NCBI GenBank assembly: GCA_049724395.1 | Contig: JAUGWO010000128.1 | Location: 124,001-188,000, forward strand | Reading direction: 5' to 3' | From: Spongospora subterranea f. sp. subterranea | Lineage: Eukaryota | Length of the DNA: 64,000 nucleotides | In this document: one piece after another, positions 49,101-63,058 of the stretch | Position numbering within the stretch: position 1 is the first letter of the stretch | Layout of the letters: the number at the start of each line of letters is the position of its first letter | The notes under the pieces: generated by a model | The model's database searches: none | Told to the model about the DNA's origin: nothing | The model's input: the letters and a program-made list of their open reading frames with translations, nothing else | Translations under genes and position numbers: made by a program

Positions 49101-52100
49101 GATCGGGTTGGCCATGACGTAGGATAGAGCAGAGGGCCACATATCCTTGACAATCTTCCCTATTATATCATCCTGAAGAATACGCCTGTCCTCATCCGAT
49201 ATGAGCCGATCGTGAAACACCCGGAGGCATTCATTACGCCATAGCCTGACCAGAGCGCTGGGCTCGGCAATCGATTCTTGCAAAGATAGGCAGAGGCCTT
49301 GATAGACACGAGATAAATCACGAAGATTGAATACATAATGGAACTTGGATGGAGTCGGAGCCATTTTCTCGACTAATAGTTGGTAAACCTTCATGGTGGC
49401 AGACGTTAACGGAGATGAGATTTGTTTTACTGGATCCGGAAATGGGTCTAGATGAGCGTCCAGAATAGAGGAATATATGGACTGCAATGAGTCTGAAGAG
49501 GGGAATGCAATATTGATAACAGCAAAGCTGGATATGAACCTAGGATCGACAGGGTTCCGTCCTCCTCCAGGAGGAGCCATTGCTGATATGTACAGCAGAT
49601 CGCGAATGGAATGGAGCGCCAGATCCGACCCCCGATCATACATAATACCCCGCTCTAACAAGAATTTGAGTAGGGCTATAGGCTGTTGAGTCCCGTATTT
49701 GTCGACATGCGGCATGTTCAAATCGTCAAAGAACACGACCAGCTTCTTTCCTGACTGTGGCCCATAAATGTGACCTGTTCGCTTATCCACATTATCCTCA
49801 ATGATACGCTGAACATCTAAAGATGATGTACGAGAAGAGAAGTTGATGTTCAGAGTAACGTAGCGATCTCGGTCAAGCTCCTCCAGGTATTTTTGAACGA
49901 CGACAGTTTTTGCAGTACCGGAAGCGCCTACGAGAAGGAAGGGCCTCTGGATGTCGCAGTATCGCTTCAGCATATAGCTATAGCATACTGTGTCAACTGT
50001 GGGAACCAGGATGAGGTTAAACTTGAACGGTGAAGGCGGAGCGTAATCGCTAACGTCATCAGACCATGGAACCCATTTCTTCGACTTTATTTCAAAATAC
50101 CATTGAAATAAAGACGATGAAGGTAGCTGCGATTTGGAGGGGGTTGTAGATACACACTGGCGCCCGCTGCGAGCTGTAAAATACGAGAATTGAGTGAGCA
50201 CGAAGCATTAAAAGACAAGGGTTGGTCTGCAGGCCCCTCACCTGTTTGATGAATTGGTCGAGACGGGGCCGACATTGCTCCTGAAGGGCAGCACCGACAG
50301 ACCATATCACACAGAATATGACAAGGGATTCAATGGCGGGTTCATCATCGGCCAATGAATCTGGACCCATAACAGCGCTAAACAGACTGCAGAACTGATC
50401 GACCAGATTGAGGGCGCATAGTGGTATGATGTGGCGAAGGGTGTTTTGACTGTCCGAGGATCCGTTTAAAGCATAGTCCACAGCCGGATCAATATACTTA
50501 TTCAAGAAGGCTTTGAGAATTGCCGCCTCCTTCGGGTTGGCCTGTGAGCGACTAGCGGTCCACCGTTCTAGCACAAGTGTGAGCGTAGAATGAACAATTG
50601 TTGTGGCTGAGAATTACCAAGGAAAGGCTGGTGCCCTAGGTTCTTGGGATCCACATAAACCATTCCACACCTGCTGACCGTGGCGGGCGAGGCGTGCTGT
50701 AGGTCGGCAACCTCAACAAGAAGCTTGACATGTTCCTGTAGACGGATTCGCTCCCCATTTGGCAGAGTCAACAGCTTGTTATCGTCCATGACCGAATTCA
50801 TATTCTCGACCCAGAGCGCATCAACATCCCCATCAAACACGATCCAGCGAACTTCCTTAGCTTCCCCCTTTAGAGGTTCATTGGTTTCTCTGAACAGTTT
50901 CGACAGTATTCCATCCGTCCAATCTCTGGTCATCGGATCAAGAACGCCATACAGCTCGGACACAGACTGCGCCTTGGGATTTAAAGTCTGGACTTTGACC
51001 GTCAGGCCGAAAGCCGCAAGCTGGGAACGAGCCAGAGTCTCAATCACCACCGTTTTCCCTCCCCGGGTCGGTCCAACAATCATGCACGTGTGTCGGGTTA
51101 ACATTGTCTCGTAAAGCTGCACAGTCTTGTCGATTTGTAGGTTGAAGAGGAGATCATTCGAGTGTTTATAACCATGAACCGTCATATCGCTTCTAACAGC
51201 TTCAGTTAACACTTGATGCCCAACCCTGGGGCAATCAATACCAGGGAAAAGGTCATTGATAAGTCCCAGCAAACAAAGGAACATCATCGTAGACGAATTT
51301 CGGGAGGTTCATATCGCGGAGTGCCCGCATAAGCACCATGTTTTCATCAAATTCGGGCGCGCCACGTTTCAGAGCTCCAGCCATGACCAGCACAGACTTT
51401 AGGGCGCGTAGACCAAAATCGTAATGACATTGTTTAGATAGCTGCTCTCGGGATAGTTTATAAAGAACAGTCATTTTCTTAGCTGCATAGGGCAATCAGA
51501 GATTCCATGAGACGGTTCAAACGCACTGACCTAGCATACGAGCAGACGAAAACCCTTCACTGAATAGCATAATCTCGCATATCTGCAATAGATCAGGGAC
51601 AACCATAGTAACAGGACGGAAGAGGGCTTTAAGATTATCGGGTAGTTCTGTCCGGCCAGCATAACCTGGGTTCATTGTAATGAAGAACCCACATGACCGA
51701 CGCAGGCGGATCTCCCTCCCGCCGAAATCAAACCTGAAGATTGTATTACAGTTCTGATCATATATATGAAATACGATATAATCTCGTACTTTTCTTTTCC
51801 AGATTTAAGCGCCATCTGGATGCACCTGAGTTGCGTTGACACGACTGACAGCACCTCCAGGTCGATGCGGTTAAACTCATCAAAACATCCCCAGGCACCA
51901 GCCTGGACCAGTCCTGAGAATATCGAGCTCATGGCTCGGTAGTCGAGGCCATCACCACAGTTGGTCACCATACAGAGCAAGGCTAGCGCCTTGGCAAGGT
52001 CCTTAACCGTCTCGGTCTTGCCGGTTCCAGCCGGTCCAGCAGGGGAACCGCCCATGTTGAACGTCAGAGCTTGAGTTAGGGTCATGTAGCAACGGTCTGT

Positions 52101-55100
52101 GAGCGGCGTAATGACCAGGCGCCCGTTGAGACCCATGTACTCGTATCCATAGCGGAATACACCTGTGCATTGACAGATCCGGATATCATCAACATCGGAG
52201 CGCCAATAAAATCGCAGCTGTGATTCCCAATCGAACTCTCGCGCGTCTAGAATTGAATCCCTAACAAATCTGTCGACTATATCCCTAGCGTGAACGTCAA
52301 TAATGATCATGGTATTGACTTTTTTCCTGGTATGCACGTCCAGATTGGACGACCGAACACCTGCCACCAGCAGGTCAGACAGTTGCATCGTTAACTTTCC
52401 CGCCAACTGCTTCACGGCGTGCTTATTGCCAGCTTTTACTTGGCGAAAGCCGTCCTCGACTTCCCAGGTCCACCAAATCTGGCCTCCCACAATACCGACC
52501 ATGCCCAGCTGCTCTTTGATCCAGTCGCCGCGTTTCATGTTGGGATAGTTGAAAACAGCCTGCTTGGTGATGGCTTGCAGAGTCCTTGTCATCTCCTCTT
52601 CAACCCCAGTCATCCAGACCTCCACAGGACCACTGGTCGCCACTTGGGACTTGAATGAAAACGACTCTCCTTCGCTCGAAACCATCCCACCCACCACAGA
52701 GTCTCCTCTAGCAAATCTCAGCTGTTTAACATTGTCGAAAAGCTTGAGCATGTGTATTTGGACGCAGTTCGGATCTGTTGTGCCAAGAATTGACAAGAGT
52801 TCATCATCTGATATGAAGAAAAACCTATCGGACGTGTCACAAAGTAGAGCATATCGAACTTAAAGACAAATGATTTCCTATTCTACCTTGGAAACGCATT
52901 TCGCTTTCGCTCAAGATAGTCCGACAAGCTTTTTTGACACTGATCAAGTTCAGTAGAGAGCCGCCGAAGATCGTCAATGCGCTTGTCGAAGCTGCAGGCT
53001 GTCAGCACGTTAGGGTTCTTACCAGTCATCGACATGATCTTCTTGAAGTCGGCATCTACTCTATCGAAGGATTTAGCTGCGTCCCTCAACTGCATCCGGA
53101 TGTCATCGCTGCCGATAAATATTCCCTCCAGATACATCCACTTCTTCTGAACTAACATCCATACATCTATCGTCTCAATTACATGATTGAGATCGCGTTC
53201 CCAATGCCGAACGTCATCAGCAAAGCAGCCTATGAACCTACCGACACAAACTCCATTTTGACAAGCGTGATAGGAATTGAAATCAGACTGACCTGGAATT
53301 TAGCATAGTCTGCAGATTAAGGACACCATCCTCTAAATCAGCCACTACATCGCTGGTGTCCTGTAAGATTTTGAGACCATCGCTGCCTTCATCGCTGCGG
53401 TACAAACACATGGGGAACGGTTTACTGCTCCAAAGAGTGACGATCTTGGCCAGCTCCTGTTCCGTCACTGATCAAGAAATCCATTCCCAGCTGGACTTTG
53501 AAGACCAACCTTCTCAATTCGAGCTTCTTGGGTAGCCGCCATCGTTATCTCGTCAATATCGTCCTTGAACCTATTCAGCTGCATTGCGAACAAGTTTCCT
53601 AGAGTGAACAGCTTTGGATTTAAATCAAATTTAATCCCCGTCTTTGCCATGAGTATATCCCAATGCCTAACACAAACCATATTATCAGCAATTATGACAA
53701 GCGACAGGAAAAATGCAGACCTCTGCCTAATTGCTGGATTTTTCAAATTTGCCATAAGTGGTATTGATTCCCTGAATCCTACAACGCGATCTTGCACCTT
53801 CCTATAGAAGAACAGCGATAGATTAGATTTGACCACAAGCAACAGTTTGGAAGCAAGACTCTAACTACACTACCTAAAAGGAGGTAAATTGTTAAGTTCT
53901 TCTTTAAAGTCGTTTAACTGGGTTAGCCATTTTTCGCTTCCTTTATCGATCAGATCAATATCTAAATCAATCCAAAGCATTTGTGACCAATCCTTGATCG
54001 CCTTCTGCAGCTCAATAAACACGTCGTATATAGGCTGAGATAGCCTAATAAACTCTTGAGCTGCCTGAAGATGAGGAAATGGAGTCACATCTAGCCCGAA
54101 AAGCCTCTCCGCATTTTCCAATGACACTCGAGTTCGCGACATGATCTCCAGCTCATTGGTGAAGAGTCGCAATGATTCCAACCCATTCTCTAGAGTAATC
54201 CCCGCAGCGATCGGGCCCTGATTGAAACACATCAATATTCGGTGATATTCTATGTCTGTTTATATCACCTCTTGCGTCACTCGTCGCTTCATCTCTTCTG
54301 TAGTTGCAGCGAAATTTGACACATCGTCCTGGGCCACTTGCATAAACCGCTGCTTAACTCTTAATAATGCACGATCTGTTGAGCGAGATTGCACGACGAG
54401 GTCATGCCATAAAGACGGCAATGACATGGCTAGAAGATAATCGGAGGGATCCTCTTCAAGGTTATATACCTGTGGTAGACAAACAACTCATTACTATTGA
54501 GACAGCACAGCAAGAAAAAAAAACGCTAACTCTTAATGTCCGAAACCGCTCCATCAGATCCATGAAAAGAAGCTCCATATCCATGGACATGTCCCTGACA
54601 TCAACAATGGTGCTGAGTATCGCTTGGAGTTGCTCAAGTGTGTCAGTAGGGGCTGTTAGCTGTGCCGACAAAGCCGCAATCCTGGCAGACACATCATGGA
54701 TGGCAGTGCAGGCGCTGGAGCGCAGCATTTCGCCATAGGCATGCAGCCAAACTTCGGCCTGCTGCTTCACCGCCACGATCATTGACATGCAATCAACACG
54801 AATGAAGTCGATATCTTTATGGGCTATAATGGTCGATAAGCGGTTATGCAACGAAGCATAACGTAAGAGCTTGTTATCGAAGTAGACCTAGAGTGAAGGA
54901 GAGAATGAGCCTAGTCCGTTCACTGAGCTGAAAAGCGGGATTACCACTCCTGTTGGCCTGCCCCTGATCCGCTCAAGATGAGCCATTTTCTTATGGTTCC
55001 AGAGGTGATAGTCCTGATCGTATTTCCTCCAGGTATCCACATATAGGTCGACCCGGTTGAAGACCCGCTGCATTGCCTGTGAGACTGATAACATCACCTT

Positions 55101-58100
55101 GATGACGGCTGGGTTTTGGGACACATCATCATAGAATGTGTATTGCTTTTCCTCACCATCGGCCAGTTGCACTGCTGGGCAGTCAATGCACGAGTTATTC
55201 ATCCAGCGAATGAACCCTGATGGCGATGTTAGTGTGCCCAACAAATACATTTTAGAACCGCCTAGACACCTTTGGAGCTGGACACTATATTGGTCAGTAT
55301 TGTGGATAGGAACTTATAGATATCGGGAAGAGTGGGTCGATAGACTATATCAGGAGGGTTCATCTCTGCGATGACGACGAGCAACAGACGGGACACATTA
55401 TTGTTCATCTTGATATGGTTGTGGTGCTTCTTGTCGAATACACCCAAAAGGGTCAAAAAGCTGGATAGCCCCCTGCTTACTAGCTGGCAAATTGCCTGGT
55501 AGAGGTTTTCCTCCCAATATCGATAATATTCCGACATCCTCTCACATTTCCCTGAAATCAAAAACGCATTCAAAGGATTGCATAATGACAGCTATCGTGA
55601 CGCGCTCCCAACCTGTGTCGGAATTATTGACTGATTCCTCAATCTTGAGCATCATCGTATGAATGCTCGAATATTTCCGAACAAGTCCATCAACTACTGC
55701 ACGACGTTGCTTTTCAATCGAATCGCGGAAGTCTTCAATCCTGAACGTTTGTTGCAGCTTCTCAATATTGAATAGATCCGCTGATTCGATATCGGTAACG
55801 ATATCCTATGAAATTCAGAAATGTGCCCATTTAGTGGATTGTCCTGATTGATGGCAGTCTAGACTATATGTTCCCACCTTGATTGATATCCTGTTCTTTG
55901 TGACTCGATTTACTATTGAGTTAAACTCTGTAATTCCACGATTACAACAATGAATAAAATCAGATATCCCCAACGAATTCCAATTTAGTGGGTCGAAGCC
56001 CGCCGCTATTGACAAAAACAATGAGTAATCCACGACAATGTGCGTTGTTGGAAAATATTCCGACCCAGTATTTGATTCAACTTTTCGATCTTGTGCCGCA
56101 ATAGAATCTTCTCAACTGGATTCAACTGGAAAATTACAGCACGATAATCACTCAGCATCCCGTTCAGGTAGGCGACCGATGCATGGAATGTGGACGATTG
56201 CAGGGAAACGTCCAGAGCTAATCTTGGGATCGACAATCCTTGACGATCCATATAACGAGATTCTCGTATAACCTCGACAAGGTCGTACGAGAAGTTGACG
56301 ACGATTTCTCCGCTCGAATCACGAGCCAGTATTGGATCTTTCAGGCGGCGATTAACGGTTTCATGAACTGTGGACTTCCACTTTTCCAATAATTCAGTGC
56401 GAAAGTGATCTATTTCCTGAGCCACCTCCAAGTAAAACTCAGCCACAGGTTTGCCGACTTCGCTAGTCATTAGATTTTCGAGATTCTGCAGCTTCAGGAT
56501 TGTCTTTTTGCTGGTCAGATAGAGAGCCATTGCCCAAGCCAGGGACCCAGCTACTGGAGGTTGGTTCTTTGGTAGAGGGGGAGCGTTCCTAAAAGATGAG
56601 AATTGTCAGCTCCATCATTGATAGAAAAGGCACGTCCTGAACGGCGCTTACCGGTTATTCTGGAACAGTGTCTGGACTCGCTCGACTTCAACCCTATATT
56701 GCCGTAAAACATGTTTGAACTTATCAGACATCTCATTGCGGAACGCCTCTCGTGTGTTGATATCGTTGAAATTCCATAGAAGCTGAAACGCGCTCTCAGC
56801 AGACCGTAGCTTTTGAAACGAGTTCGTGATGAAGTTCTTGGTGCGGATTTCGATTTCCAGCACTTTCTCGTTGAAGCTTTTCATTACCTGTTCCCAACTG
56901 GTGTTATATCGTATATCGAATATGTTGAATGGGAGGTTCTCCAGCGGTGTCACCAGGTGATCCACTTTCTGAATCACTTCGTCAATCCCAACCGTATCTT
57001 TAGTGACCCTCTTAAGATCACTTCCAAGAAACTGATTGAACTGGGACAGCGTCTCAGCGATTTGACATAAATTTTCGCAGATGCGTGCCATATAATTTGT
57101 CTGATCGAACAATTTCTTACGATCAAATTCCCATCTATTTTCCATTCCAAGACTCTCAATCTGTCGCCAAACTCCAGTCAGAGATGTCACGCATATGAAT
57201 GAAATGTTGACCTTTAATCTCGCAGCTTTATACGAGGAGAACCAGGCCAGAAGGACTTCTCTAGCAGTTTCTATTGCGGCCATAGCAACCCTGATCGTAA
57301 AAGGATAGCGTTAGCGATATCATTTGTTCACTCAAAAAACAAGTTACTTCGGCTTTTTGCGGAATATGACCTTGATATTGATCTCATTAGCCACATTGGT
57401 GGCGATCTGTTGGGCGATCAAGCACATTAACGGAACCATGCGTTCGTCCTTATTATAATGACGGGAGATAATCCACACCATACGCAAGGCGTTCATCATG
57501 CTAGATATGCTTTCCGCCATCGTTGCCACACTTCCTGTGAGCATAGATTCGGGAACAGAACGGATGATCGGTGCCAAAAAAACGAACCGAAACCAAGCAA
57601 CCGAATAACGAAATTGCAACCTTAGTACCTCCAGTAATCTTTTTGAAATGTCTCTCCAGCGTGGATAAGAATTTGACATTGTCTTTAGCCTCCTCAAACA
57701 GCTTCCCTAATTCCACTATTCTCTCTTTGAATATTGGAATCGCGTCAAGTTGAAGATCTGCGAGGACAGCAATGATGGATTGCACCTGTTGGAGCAGCGA
57801 ATATTCAGAACCCCAGATCGCCAACGTACAGTGGCATTACGATCTCGGAATTTAACTGTTCTGTCAATGCAGTTAAAATAGCATTCCTATTACGCCAGAA
57901 ATTAATCTCCCCTAACGGGCCCCTAAATGTCTCGATCTCCTTCACCGTCTCCGTCTCAATTATTGATGCAATCACGTCGCTCCACTCCTCTAACGTCGCC
58001 TCCAGTTGAGTCAGCAAATCCACATTCATCTCTTGTTTCAAGGCAAGTATTACATCAAGTTCGACCTAACCAGGGAGATAGATCTTGAAATACTGAGGCG

Positions 58101-58757
58101 GTGAACCATGTATGAACTTACATTAGGGATTTGTAATAAAATATCACCTCCAACTTGTTGCTCTGTGTGCTGTATCTGGGACACGAACTTGTTGATATTT
58201 GACGTGAGTTCACTGCGAATATGAGGATCATCTGAGAGATCCTTGGTTAACCCTCCTTCGACGGATGAAGGGTCCACTATCGGAATGAAGACATTGGTCA
58301 TGATCTGGCTCAACATGGTGAGGCTATTGCCGGGCATGATTGAGAAGGATAACTAGGTGAGGATCGACGTCAGAATATAACATGCAGTGGTGCGACAGAT
58401 ATCGAACCTGGGACGATATGTTATCAGGGGCGACAGGACCAGGAACGTTCTTAATAATGAACATGGCCCTAGATCGGCCCAGGTCGGGCAGGATACTGCC
58501 AGATATGGTTAAATGTGTAGAGGGGACGATACCATCGTCCTCCTCGCCCTCAACTTTTGAGTGGAGTATCAGCTGCGAACCTGGACCAGATTCGTCCAGG
58601 AAGGTCTTCATCGCTGGATAATGATCAGACGGTATCAATACAGTAATCGCAAAGGATTACCTGAGCTGGAGCGCGAGACCTTATCGTACTCTGGCCTATC
58701 GACATCCAGACCACTGCAAACGACTTCAGCCAGCCAATCCTGCCGCGGATCAGCCAT
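43114..58757 (-). CDS. DNAH10: Axonemal dynein heavy chain, inner-arm I1/f alpha type, many short introns
   Basis: AAA1 [40 protein letters not shown]2 [11 protein letters not shown]3 [11 protein letters not shown]4 GVGGSGKQ, and a stalk. Long N-terminal tail ([29 protein letters not shown]). C-terminus [17 protein letters not shown]...[10 protein letters not shown]...[15 protein letters not shown] is characteristic of DNAH10. Start MADPRQDWL at 58757 is inferred. Confidence 0.95.
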
Positions 58758-58864
58758 TTGATTGACCCCCGCCTACAGCGAAAGAGGCTGATGGCGTAAA
58801 AATGATCAGGTAGTTTTAGGAGAGTTGTTTACTGTTTGATTACCCTCGACAGGTCCGATCTCTG

Positions 58865-61335
58865 TGACGACCTGTGTAACCGTATCAAGGAGGAGGAGGA
58901 GAAGGGGGTTATCATGACGACCTGTGTAACCGTATCAAGGAGGAGGAGGAGAAGGGGTTATCATGACGACCCTGTGTAACCGTATCAAGGATGAGGAGGA
59001 GAAGGGGTTATCATGACGACCTGTGTAACCGTATCAAGGAGGAGGAGGAGAAGGGGGATGACGACCTGTGTAACCGTTATCATGACGACCTGTGTAACCG
59101 TCAAGGAGGAGGAGGAGAAGAAGATCAATGACGACCTGTGTAACCGTATCAAGGAGGAGGAGGAGAAGGGGGTTACAATGACGACCTGTGTAACCGTATC
59201 AAGGAGGAGGAGGAGAAGGGGGTTATCATGACGACCTGTGTAACCGTATCAAGGAGGAGGAGGAGAAGGGGGTTATCATGACGACCTGTGTAACCGTATC
59301 AAGGAGGAGGAGGAGAAGGGGTTATCATGACGACCTGTGTAACCGTATCAAGGAGGAGGAGGAGAAGGGGTTATCATGACGACCTGTGTAACCGTATCAA
59401 GGAGGAGGAGGAGAAGGGGTTATCATGACGATCATGACGAGGAGGAGGAGGAGAAGGGGTTATCATGACGACCTGTGTAACCGTATCAAGGAGGAGGAGG
59501 AGAAGGGGTTAATCATGACGACCTGTGTAACCGTATCAAGGAGGAGGAGGAGAAGGGGTTATCATGACGACCTGTGTAACCGTATCAAGGAGGAGGAGGA
59601 GAAGGGGTTATCATGACGACCTGTGTAACCGTATCAAGGAGGAGGAGGAGAAGGGGTTATCATGACGACCTGTGTAACCGTATCAAGGAGGAGGAGGAGA
59701 AGGGGTTCATGACGACCTGTGTAACCGTATCAAGGAGGAGGAGGAGAAGGGGTTATCATGACGACCTGTGTAACCGTATCAAGGAGGAGGAGGAGAAGGG
59801 GTTATCATGACGACCTGTGTAACCGTATCAAGGAGGAGGAGGAGAAGGGGGTTATCATGACGACCTGTGTAACCGTATCAAGGAGGAGGAGGAGAAGGGG
59901 ATGACGACCTGTGTAACCGTATCAAGGAGGAGGAGGAGAAGGGGGTTACAATGACGACCTGTGTAACCGTATCAAGGAGGAGGAGGAGAAGGGGGTTATC
60001 ATGACGACCTGTGTAACCGTATCATGACGACCTGTGTAACCGTATCAAGGAGGAGGAGGAGAAGGGGGTTACAATGACGACCTGTGTAACCGTATCAAGG
60101 AGGAGGAGGAGAATGACGACCTGTGTAACCGTATCAAGGAGGAGGAGGAGAAGGGGGTTATCATGACGACCTGTGGTTATCATGACGACCTGTGTAACCG
60201 TATCAAGGAGGAGGAGGAGAAGGGGTTATCATGACGACCTGTGTAACCGTATCAAGGAGGAGGAGGAGAAGGGGTTATCATGACGACCTGTGTAACCGTA
60301 TCAAGGAGGAGGAGGAGAAGGGGTTATCATGACGACCTGTGTAACCGTATCAAGGAGGAGGAGGAGAAGGGGTTATCATGACGACCTGTGTAACCGTATC
60401 AAGGAGGAGGAGAGGGGTTATCATGACGGGTTATCAAGGAGGAGGAGGAGAAGGGGGTTATCATGACGACCTGTGTAACCGTATCAAGGAGGAGGAGGAG
60501 AAGGGGGTTACAATGACGACCTGTGTAACCGTATCAAGGAGGAGGAGGAGAAGGGGGTTACAATGACGACCTGTGTAACCGTATCAAGGAGGAGGAGGAG
60601 AAGGGGGTTATCATGACGACCTGTGTAACCGTATCAAGGAGGAGGAGGAGAAGGGGGTTATCATGACGACCTGTGTAACCGTATCAAGGAGGAGGAGGAG
60701 AAGAGGGTTATCATGACGACCTGTGTAACCGTATCAAGGAGGAGGAGGAGAAGGGGGTTACAATGACGACCTGTGTAACCGTATCAAGGAGGAGGAGGAG
60801 AATGGGGTTATCATGACGACCTGTGTAACCGTATCAAGGAGGAGGAGGAGAAGGGGGTTATCATGACGACCTGTGTAACCGTATCAAGGAGGAGGAGGAG
60901 AAGGGGTTATCATGACGACCTGTGTAACCGTCAATGACGACCTGTGTAACCGTATCAAGGAGGAGGAGAAGGGGGTTATCATGACGACCTGTGTAACCGT
61001 ATCAAGGAGGAGGAGGAGAAGGGGGTTATCATGACGACCTGTGTAACCGTATCAAGGAGGAGGAGGAGAAGGGGTTATCATGACGACCTGTGTAACCGTA
61101 TCAAGGATGAGGAGGAGAAGGGGTTATCATGACGACCTGTGTAACCGTATCAAGGAGGAGGAGGAGAAGGGGTTATCATGACGACCTGTGTAACCGTATC
61201 AAGGAGGAGGAGGAGAAGGGGTTATCATGACGACCTGTGTAACCGTATCAAGGAGGAGGAGGAGAAGGGATTATCATGACGACCTGTGTAACCGTATCAA
61301 GAGGGAGGAGGAGAAGGGGGTTATTTATGACGACC
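58865..61335. repeat. Satellite array, 49-50 bp unit ATGACGACCTGTGTAACCGTATCAAGGAGGAGGAGGAGAAGGGG(G)TTATC, about 50 copies
   Basis: Directly visible and highly homogeneous. Variants include G4/G5, TTACA vs TTATC, and truncated units. Confidence 0.98.
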
Positions 61336-61584
61336 ACATGGCGGCACACCAATTCGCCCCATCTCATTCATATCCCAGCATATCTAACAGCTGCTTTTAG
61401 TAACATACCCTTTTTATAATATTATCTCATTGGGCTTCATGACAGTTCACACTACACCAAATAATTGATTATATTCCACATACTGAAATAGATGATAGTA
61501 TGCAAAAGATTCGTTTTATTTTACAAATTCAACGGTCAATACTTGTCGAAGGAATTTCTTGCGTATTATCCATAAAACAGTTTA

Positions 61585-63058
61585 TTACTCTTGAATAAAT
61601 GGGGCGAAATCATAGTGTTCAAGTTGAGATGCGCACGATATAGCATTTCTCCATACTGTGCCTGAGTTAGGTGTAAAGTGAGTACCCCATAGCTTGAGGC
61701 TGATAATCGTCGAACTACAAGGCGGTGAGAAAATCTTGGCCAGTGCTAAGTGGGTTAGCTCTCCAATACTAGTATAGCTCATATCTAACCTGGCCATAAA
61801 TATCAGCCTGGGCCAGTTCAATCGCATCAGCTGGTTACCTCTCCAGTGTCACATTGCTCTGTAAGGCCAAGGCAATGGCCTGCCCTCCCAGATCGGTAAG
61901 GCGATTACCAGCCAGACCCAGCTCTTTGAGATGGCACCGACCACCACCCAGGTATTGGGCGATCAGCGTCGCGCCTCCAGGGCCAATCTCGTTGCTGATG
62001 AGAAGGGACGCTTAAGAACCGCCTCAAGGTTTGATATGATACTAACCATCTAAGCTCTAGAGACGTCAACGAGGTATTTTTTGAGAGCCCCTGCAGAACC
62101 CAGTCGATTCCTTGATCCCGGATCCGGTGCTTTGAGATGTCCAGGAGACGGAGGGACTTGTTCAGGGTAAGCATGGTGGATATATGTCTCGACGGCTCAT
62201 CGTCGATCGTCGTGATCCTTGGATTTCCAATACGCAACATCTTTTGGCCCATCTCAGTGCGATCTTAAGAGAAAAGTTGGATGCCAGGGCTAACCTCAAC
62301 GCTTGTGTTGCTCTGAAGTGCTCTGAGTATCTGTATGAGTGCGTTGATTCCCATATCAGTATTGCCCCAATCAACATCCCTAAGAGCACAAGAGGGCCTG
62401 GATAGGGTTTTAGCTAGGCCAGCCATCCCTAGATCAGATCAGCACAATTCGATTGGCATTCTGGCCTCATCACAGACCAGCATCGCCTATTGGATTCCCA
62501 TTCAAGTTGAGCTGAGTTATTGTCCTTTGTCCTTCCAGAGCATGTGCCAGTGCTAATCCTCCCACATCCTCTATATCGTTTGATCTCAGGTTCAGAAGAG
62601 CTAGTGTTTGTGTACTCTACGACAATATTCAACATTCTTCTATGATTACGATGAGTATTGAACCTTCAACATAACCCCAAGTGCTTTAGCACCATTGTTC
62701 TTGATGGCATTAACACTTAGGTCAATAGAGTTGATTGGGGCATCAGGGAAAGTTGCTAATGATTCAGATAGTGAAAACACATCATCATCGGATATCTTTT
62801 GATCGGTCAGTAAAGATGACCCATTCAAGCTTAGATCTAGCTGGGCAATCCTGGCGTAAAATCGGGTATTGTTCAGAATACTACTGCAATTGTGAACAGT
62901 ACAAACCCTGACTGTATCGCATCTTGAATCCGCCTCAGAATCAACGGATGAGGATCGTCCCCAAACTGATCGCATTTGACCCTATACTGTTCAAGGAAAT
63001 ACTCAAGAGCCCCATCTTCTCCAGCAATCCTCATTCTGATCATGTTAGTGGCAGCCAT
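61585..63058 (-). CDS. RNI-like leucine-rich repeat protein (LRRC34-like), multi-exon
   Basis: LRR units INSIDLSVNAIKNNGAKALGVML, LTLNKSLRLLDISKHRIRDQGIDWVLQGLSKNTSLTSLEL, LDMSYTSIGE and SLKLWG. The LRRC34 assignment and the 3' end are tentative. Confidence 0.8.

Noticed and set aside
43144..58761. Numerous + strand ORFs inside the dynein gene
   Set aside because: Antisense shadows of coding exons with no recognisable motifs.
58865..61335. CRISPR array, telomere, or coding repeat (YHDDLCNRIKEEEEKG / MTTCVTVSRRRRRRG ORFs)
   Set aside because: There are no unique spacers or cas genes and the context is eukaryotic. The array is internal, between genes, and the 49-50 bp unit shifts frame in nearly every copy.
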